Made by a program: the position numbers and the translations under genes. A stretch of DNA of 64,000 nt from positions 42,160,001 to 42,224,000 of the forward strand of contig NW_027362767.1 of the NCBI RefSeq assembly GCF_046119375.1, given 5' to 3'. The notes beneath the pieces are model-generated. The model had not been told where the DNA came from, made no database searches, and was given only the letters and a program-made list of their open reading frames with translations. This document shows positions 56,965 through 64,000 of this stretch, in pieces. Each line of letters begins with the position of its first letter. Position 1 is the stretch's first letter. The stretch comes from Phyllobates terribilis. Taxonomy: Eukaryota.

Positions 56965-58517
56965 ATTTAGGTTTCAAAAATTTTAACAGCAAACAGTTAT
57001 CAATATACATATAACAATTCACATAACGTGTAATAATACAGTCAAAACCCTCTCCCCCCTCCCCCCTCCCGCCAATACTCCTTATGCCGGGCATACCTGG
57101 GAACATTGACAATCATATTACCGCCATCCATGCGGACCATATTTTCCCAAAAGTTCTCTCTCCATGCCTCCGCCTATAAATGCTTTCCTCTAAATGCATC
57201 ACCGTACGTGTCTGAGCAATAAATTCCCTCCTAGTGGGGGGTTCCGAATCTGTCCATTTTCGTGCTATTAGTTTGCGTGCCACATATAGCAATCGCGCTA
57301 TCGCCACTTTGTAATGTTCTGAGACAGATATTCCATCCACCTCCCCCAAAACACACAGCACCGGGTTTCTGTCAATTGTACATGTATAAGCCCTCTCAAT
57401 TTTGCTGACAACGAACAACCAATAAGCCACCAACCGTGGGCATGACCATAGCATGTGTAGCAGTCCGGCCTGGTCCGTGCCACATCTAGGGCAATTGGAA
57501 TCTCCCCTCAAGCCCGCCTTGTACAGGCGCAGCGGTGTTTTGTATGTCCTATGTATTATGTATAATTGGGAGATCCGTGCCTGCTCGCTTAGAGAGATCT
57601 TCGGGACATATTCTAGAATCGCCTCCCATTGTTCTGTTGTGAGGGTACCCACCTCCCTTTCCCATTTACTTTTTGCAATGAGGTGATTCCCCCCCAGATA
57701 GGAGTGCAGTAGGTCATGATATAAGCTCGATATGACTCCCCTCGTCCCTCCCTTCATACACACAAAGTCTAGTACAATGTCACCCTGAACCGTCATGTCT
57801 CCCAATCCACACTGTGCCCTCCAAGCATGTCAAAGCCTATAGTATTGAAATCCCCATACCAAAGGCAAATCAAATTCTTCTCTCAATTTCTCAAAGGTCT
57901 TCAGGTCCGTTCCACTCTGCAGCTGGCACACATATCTCACTCCTTGCGCCTTCCAATTGCCCATTTGACACAGCTTATTAAGTTCCGGCAGATGTTCATT
58001 GCCCAACACCGGTGAGTACTTAGTCAGCCCGTCCACCCCCCTGATCTTTTTAATAGTGTCCCATACCTTCTGAGTCAAGCCTAAGGTAGGATATATTGCT
58101 CCCAATTTCTTAAAGGTACCATCCTCTAACGCCTGGACCAGTGGGCGTCTCCCCGACACATGTACCAGCACCCGGCAAGCTGCCCCTCCACAATCGGGCT
58201 CTCTCCATCCCCTGACATGCTGGCCTTGTACTGCCAAGAAATAGACCCAGGGATTGGGAGCGACCAATCCTCCCTCCTCCTTCCCATTTTGCAGCGTTCC
58301 CAATTTAATCCTTGCCTGCCTCTTGCCCCATATCAAGGATCTGAAGATAGAATCAATACCCTGAAACCGTTTTTTTGGTAGCCATATCGGTGAGTTGTGC
58401 AAAACGTACATTAGTTGTGGCATAAGGACCATCTTAATCAGGTTAGTTCTACCCGTCACCGTCAAAGCCAATTGGCACCATGCGCCTATTTTCTTTTTAA
58501 ATTTCTCTAGCAGAGGA
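56931..58517 (-). mobile_element. 5'-truncated L1-clade LINE with poly(A) tail and TSD
   Basis: T19 at 56931-49 (poly A on minus), AATAAA just upstream on minus, TSD ACTGCTATAC(TTT) at 56921 and 58518, G-rich 3'UTR. Confidence 0.93.
57113..58517 (-). pseudogene. L1 ORF2 C-terminal fragment (post-RT region and CCHC zinc knuckle), one in-frame stop
   Basis: ORFs 57830-58471 and 57113-57805 are in the same frame, separated by a single TGA. Motifs GRTNLIKMVLMPQLMY, FRSLIWGK and CPRCGTDQAGLLHMLWSC. Confidence 0.9.
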
Positions 58518-59339
58518 ACTGCTATACTTTACCTGCACTGATACATTGCAGCAAACTGTTGTAGGGATCTGTGATACTGATGTCCTTAGTTCCCAGAGCA
58601 TCGTCTAGACTGGATACAACTGGAGACAATACTCGTCCGTGATCTAAACAAAACGGCTATTGATAGCAAGCAAGTGGCGATCTGAAAAATAGAGAAACAA
58701 TAAAACACATTTGAAAACAGTGATAAAACTTCATAAAAAGCTAGAATGCCCCTTTAAGGGACTGTAGTATGATCTCACCCCTTTAAATGCCTGATGCTAA
58801 AAAAAAAAATGTCCAACATTTAGTTTATTTTAGTCCTGAACTGGTATTGTTGGGGGAGCTAGAGATCTAAATTAATTTAATGACATGACCATTTCTCCTT
58901 ACGCATTTTGGAAAGTCGTCATCATCCTGTAAATGTGAAGATGATGCAGTAATGACATCACAGTAATGACATCACTTGTCACATGTCTCACTGATGGAAA
59001 CAGGGGAAAAAATAAATGACATATTGGTTAATGACAGCTGATTCGCTGCCATGGACAGCAGCATTAACCGCCAAATGGTAATGGCTGATGCACGAGGCTC
59101 GTTGATTATTCTAGTAATTAAGAAATGTTAAATTCTGCTAATAATCTATAGTTCTGGTGGAGTTCAAATATGACATTAGATCTGTTGTGCTAATATATAT
59201 CCCCTTACCCCAAACATCCTCCTACCTCTCCCCTTCTAGTGTACCATAAACAATACATTACCCAGCAAACAATCTAGCATATGCCAATTCCCTTGATCCT
59301 ACCGTAGGACACCTGATCCAGTCCCTCCATTGTTTCCAA

Positions 59340-60455
59340 AACTTGGCGGTAGCTCCTTTTTTGATTTATACCCTTTTCTCCATTTAGATTGTAACTTTTT
59401 TATTTTTCTATTATTATGACCATGTGAGGGCTTATTTTTTGCGGAACGAGTTGTACTTTTGAACGACACCATTGATTTTACCATATAGTATTCTGGAAAA
59501 TGGGAACAAAATTCCAAGTGTGGTGAAATTGCAAAAAAAAGTGCAATTCCACATTTGTATTTTGTTTTTTTTTACCATGTTTACTAAATGCTAAAACTGA
59601 CCTGCCATTATGATTCTCCAGGTCGTTACGAGTTCATAGACACCAAACATGTATAGTTTGTTTTTATTTAAGTGGTGAAAAAAAAATCCAAAGTTTGTAA
59701 AAAAAAAAAAATGGCGCCAATTTTCCGAGATCCGTTAGCGCCTCAATTTTTCGTGATCCAGGGCTGGGAGAGGACGTATTTTTTGTGCGCCGGGCTGACG
59801 TGATCATCCGTTATTGCATTATATTGCAATGTTGCAGCGATCAAAAAAACTTAATTCTGCTGTTTTGATTTTTTTATTGTTACTCTGATCGGACTAATAT
59901 ATATTTATACATTGATACATTGTGCTTTTTTTACTTTTTACTGGCTTCAATAGTCTCCATGGAATACTAGAAGGTGCGATCATCCGATCGCCTGTTTTAC
60001 ACACAGCAGAGCTTCAGTCCTGCTATGTGCAGCAGAAATCATCATTTGCTATGAGTGCCGGCCACGGGGCGACGCTCATAGCAAATCGGCAAAGACAACC
60101 ACAAGGGTCTCCTGGAGACCCCGGGTTGTCATGAAAAATCCATTGGCGCACCGCGATCATGTGACAGGGGCGCCGATGGGTGGGGCTAGTGACGCGCTTC
60201 CAGTGCGGCCATGTTAAATGCTGCTGTCAGAGTTTGACGGCAGCATTTAACATGTTAACAGTCACGAGTGGATCGCGATTCACCTGCAGCTGTTAGGAGC
60301 ACATGTCAGTTGATGAAATCAGCTGTCATGTTCCGGAAAAGATACAGGCTCATCGCCGGAGCCCGCATCAAACATTGGGAGGTGACATATGACGTACCTA
60401 TCAAACAGGGGGAGGTGACATATGACATACCTATACGTCATAGGTCGTAAAGGGG
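59340..60455. mobile_element. piggyBac-like non-autonomous element, right part
   Basis: Ends ...GTCGTAAAGGGG followed by TTTAA (piggyBac-type CCC terminus and TTAA site); left TIR not found. Confidence 0.5.
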
Positions 60456-60958
60456 TTTAATTCTGCCCCCTCTACTCCATATCGTGGACGGCAGTCATCA
60501 GTTCTAAGACCCATTCTACACAAGACATTTGGAGTTCTATTAACTCTGTGGAAACAGTTGAGATCTCTTGGCCGTGTTAATCGAAACTTTCCCAGTCCTC
60601 TAAAGAGATATAGCTCACATCTCCTTCCCAGTTAGCTTCAACCAGTGCCAGTAGCTTAACTAGGGTCCGATGGGCCCCGGTGAAGAATGTAGAATTGGGC
60701 CCCCACACAAACACACCCCAGCCCCCGCATATTGGTCAGATGTATGCGGCCTTGTAGTGTTCAAAATCCTATAAGAACATACTAATTGCCCCCACCCCCA
60801 TGATGTAGTAACGTCCCCCATCCTGGGCCCTTCCTGGTATATATATGTCCCCCATCCTTGTGTATATGTACGTTATCCTGGCCCCTATCCTGGTATATAT
60901 ACTGTATACCCCATCATGGTATATATATGTCCCTTATCCTGGGCCCCATCCTAGTATA

Positions 60959-62600
60959 CAGTTATATGAAAAAGTTTGGGCACCCCTATTAATCTTAAGC
61001 TTAATGTTTTATAAAAATTGGTGTTTTTGCAACAGCTATTTCAGTTTGCTATATGTAATAACTGTTGGAAACAGTAATGTTTCTGCCTTGAAATGAGGTT
61101 TATTGTACTAACAGAAAATGTGCAATCTGCATTCAAACAAAATTTGACAGGTGCATAAGTATGGGCACCTCACCAGAAAAGTGACATTAATATTTAGTAG
61201 ATCCTCCTTTTGCAAAAATAACAGCCTCTAGTCGCTTCCTGTAGCTTTTAATGAGATCCTGGGTGAAGGTATTTTTGACCATTCCTCTTTACAAAACAAT
61301 TCCAGTTCAGTTAAGTTTGATGGTCGCCGAGCATGGACAGCCCTCTTCAAATGATCCCACAGATGTTCAATGATATTCAGGTCTGGGGACTGGGATGGCC
61401 ATTCCAGAACATTGTAATTGTTCCTCTGCATGAATGCCTGAGTAGATTTGGAGCGGTGTTTTGGATCATTGTCTTGCTGAAAGATCCATCCCCTGCGTAA
61501 CTTCAACTTTATCACTGATTCTTGAACATTATTGTCAAGAATCTGCTGATACTCAGTGGAATCCATGCGTCCCTCATCTTTAACAAGATTCCCGGTGCCG
61601 GCATTGGCCACACAGCCCCAAAGCATGATGGAACCTCCACCAAATTTTACTGTGGGTAGCAAGTGTTTTTTTTGGAATGCTGTGTTTTTTTGCCGCCATG
61701 CATAACGCCTTCTGTATGACCAAACAACTCAATCTTGGTTTCATCAGTCCACAGGACCTTCTTCCAAAAAGAAATTGGCTTCTCCAAATGTGCTTTTGCA
61801 TACCTCAGCCGACTCTGTTTGTGGCGTGCTTGCAGAAACGGCTTCTTTCGCATCACTCTCCCATACAGCTTCTTCTTGTGCAAAGTGCATTGTATAGTTG
61901 ACCGATGCACAGTGACACCATCTGCAGCAAGTTGATGCTGCAGTTCTCTGGAGGTGGTCTGAGGATTGTTCTTGACTGATCTCACCATTCTTCTTCTCTG
62001 CCTTTCTGATGTTTTTCTTGGCCTGCCACTTCTGGCCTTAACAAGAACTGTCCCTGTGTTCTTCCATTTCCTTACTATGTTCCTCACAGTGGAAACTGAC
62101 AGGTTAAATCTCTGAGACAGCTTTTTGTATCCTTCCCCTGAACAACTATGTTGAATAATCTTTGTTTTCAGATCATTTGACAGTTGTTTTGAGGAGCCCA
62201 TGATGCCACTCTTCAGAGGAGATTCAAACAGGAGAACAACTTGCAAGTGGCCACTTTAAGTAGCTTTTCTCATGATTGCATACACCTGGCTATAAAGTTC
62301 AAAGCTCAATGAGGTTACAAAACCAAAAAAAGTGCTTTAGTAAGTCAGTAAAAAGTAGGTAGGAGTATTTAAAACAAGAAAATGATAAGGGTGCCCATAC
62401 TTATGCACCTGTCAAATTTTGTTTGAATGCAGATTGCACATTTTCTGTTAGTACAATAAACCTAATTTCAAGGCAGAAACATTACTGTGTCCAACAGTTA
62501 TTACATATATCAAACTGAAATAGCTGTTGCAAAAACACCAATTTTTATAAAACATTAAGCTTAAGATTAATAGGGGTGCCCAAACTTTTTCATATAACTG
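60959..62600 (-). mobile_element. Tc1 element, full length, frameshifted transposase
   Basis: TA TSDs, highly similar ~215-bp TIRs (CAGTTATATGAAAAAGTTTGGGCACCCC). The ORF from 62201 (MGSSKQLSNDLK...) is broken near 61705 and 61260; it retains [14 protein letters not shown] and [12 protein letters not shown]. Confidence 0.95.
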
Positions 62601-62604
62601 TATA

Positions 62605-63875
62605 CAGTTGTGCTCAAAAGTTTACATACCCCGGCAGAATTTTCCCTTTCTTGGCCTTGTTTCAGAGAATATGAATGATAACAAAAAAACTTTTTCTCCA
62701 CTCATGGTTATTGGTTGGGTAAAGCCATTTATTGTCAAACTACTATGTTTTCTCTTTTTAAATCTTAATGACAACCAAAAACATCCAAATGACCCTGATC
62801 AAAAGTTCACATACCCCAGTTCTTAATACAGTCTATTGCCCCCCCTAACATCAATGACAGCTTGAAGTCTTTTGTGGTAGTTGTGGATGAGGTTCTTTAT
62901 TTTCTCAGATTGTAAAGCTGCCTATTCTTCTTGGCAAAAAGCCTCCAGTTCCTGTAAATTCCTGGGCTGTCTAGCATGAACTGCGCTCTTGAGATTTCCC
63001 CAGAGTGGCTCAATGATATTGCGGTCAGGAGACCGAGATGGCCACTCCAGAACCTTCACTTTGTTCTGCTGTAGCCAATGACAGGCCGACTTGGCCTTGT
63101 GTTTTGGATCGTTGTCATGTTGGAACGTCCAAGTACGTCCCATGCGCAGCTTCCGGGCTGATGAGTGAAAATTTGCAAACAGCCACACCGCTAGTTTTCA
63201 GACAGTCCTGAATTTCAGCTGATGTTATTTGTGGGTTTCTCTTTGCATCCCGAACAATTTTTTTGGCAGTTGTGGCCGAAATTTTTGTTGGTTTACCTGA
63301 CTCTGGTTTGGTTTTTACAGAGCCCCTGATTTTCCATTTGTTAATCACAGTTTGAATGCTGCTGACTGGCATTATCAATTCCTTGGATATCTTTTTGTAT
63401 CCCTTTCCTGTGTTATAGAGTTCAACCACCTTCTCCCGCAGATCCGTTGACAATTCTTTTGCTTTCCCCATGACTCATAATCCAGAAACTTCAGTGGCTG
63501 GATGAAAGATGCAAGAGTCTGTATGGATCCCAGAAACTCACTCAGCTTTTATGCACACACACTGATTACAAGCAAACAGGTTACAGGTGAGGATGTTACC
63601 TTTAGTAGCCATTCAAACCCATTTGTGTCAAATTCTGTGCGTGTTATCAGGCCAAAATCACCAGGGTATGTGAACTTTTGATCAGGGTCATTTGGATGTT
63701 TTTGGTTGTCATTAAGATTTAAAAAGAGAAAACACAGTAGTCTGACAATAAATGGCTTCACCCAACCAATAACCATGAGTGGAGAAAAAGTTTTTTTGTT
63801 ATCATTCATATTCTCTGAAACAAGGCCAAGAAAGCAAAAATTCTGCCGGGGTATGTCAACTCTTGACCACAACTG
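62605..63875 (-). mobile_element. Tc1 element with internal deletion
   Basis: TA TSDs, TIRs CAGTTGTG(C/G)TCAA...ATACCCCGGCAGAATTT. The N-terminus MGKAKELSTDLREKVV (63471) is fused directly to the C-terminal QHDNDPKH...[12 protein letters not shown]; the central part is missing near 63180. Confidence 0.93.
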
Positions 63876-64000
63876 TATATGTCCCGCATCCTGATATATA
63901 GATACGTTATCCTGGCACCTATCCTGTTATATATATACCCCAACATGGTATATATGTCCCTTATCCTGGGCCCCTTCCTGGTATATATCCCCCATCCTGG

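Larger units (their letters stand above)
60648..64000. mobile_element. hAT-type MITE with atatatgtccc/atcctgggcccc repeats, host of two Tc1 insertions, runs off the window end
   Basis: Starts CAGTAGCTTAACTAG...GGGCCCC; the repeat resumes after 63877. Confidence 0.55.

Overview
Eukaryotic (vertebrate) genomic DNA, most likely a frog. This is inferred from the repeat landscape: Tc1 elements, Harbinger/Kolobok/hAT MITEs, tRNA-derived SINEs, and 86-bp and 30-bp minisatellites. The only recognisable host gene is EVL (Ena/VASP-like) on the + strand: an 11-nt coding first exon (ATGGCATCTAG, 26855-26865), exon 2 (55338-55506) and exon 3 (56672-56849). Spliced, these give [25 protein letters not shown]...NIMNSQDG, the whole EVH1 domain. 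The rest is intronic or upstream sequence packed with repeats: six Tc1/mariner elements (all on the minus strand, one with an intact 344-aa DD34E transposase), a young 5'-truncated L1 with TSD, three solo-LTR-like elements, nested MITEs and large minisatellite arrays. Almost all ORFs in the supplied track are repeat artefacts. No prokaryote-type system (CRISPR, operon) is present. The most unusual non-genic structures are a ~3 kb cluster of 12 tRNA-like Pol III heads with ~200-bp periodicity that contains a 110/112-bp foldback, a 1.4-kb old palindrome, paired inverted CTCF-like motifs, and a G-quadruplex-type minisatellite abutting the exon 2 branch point.
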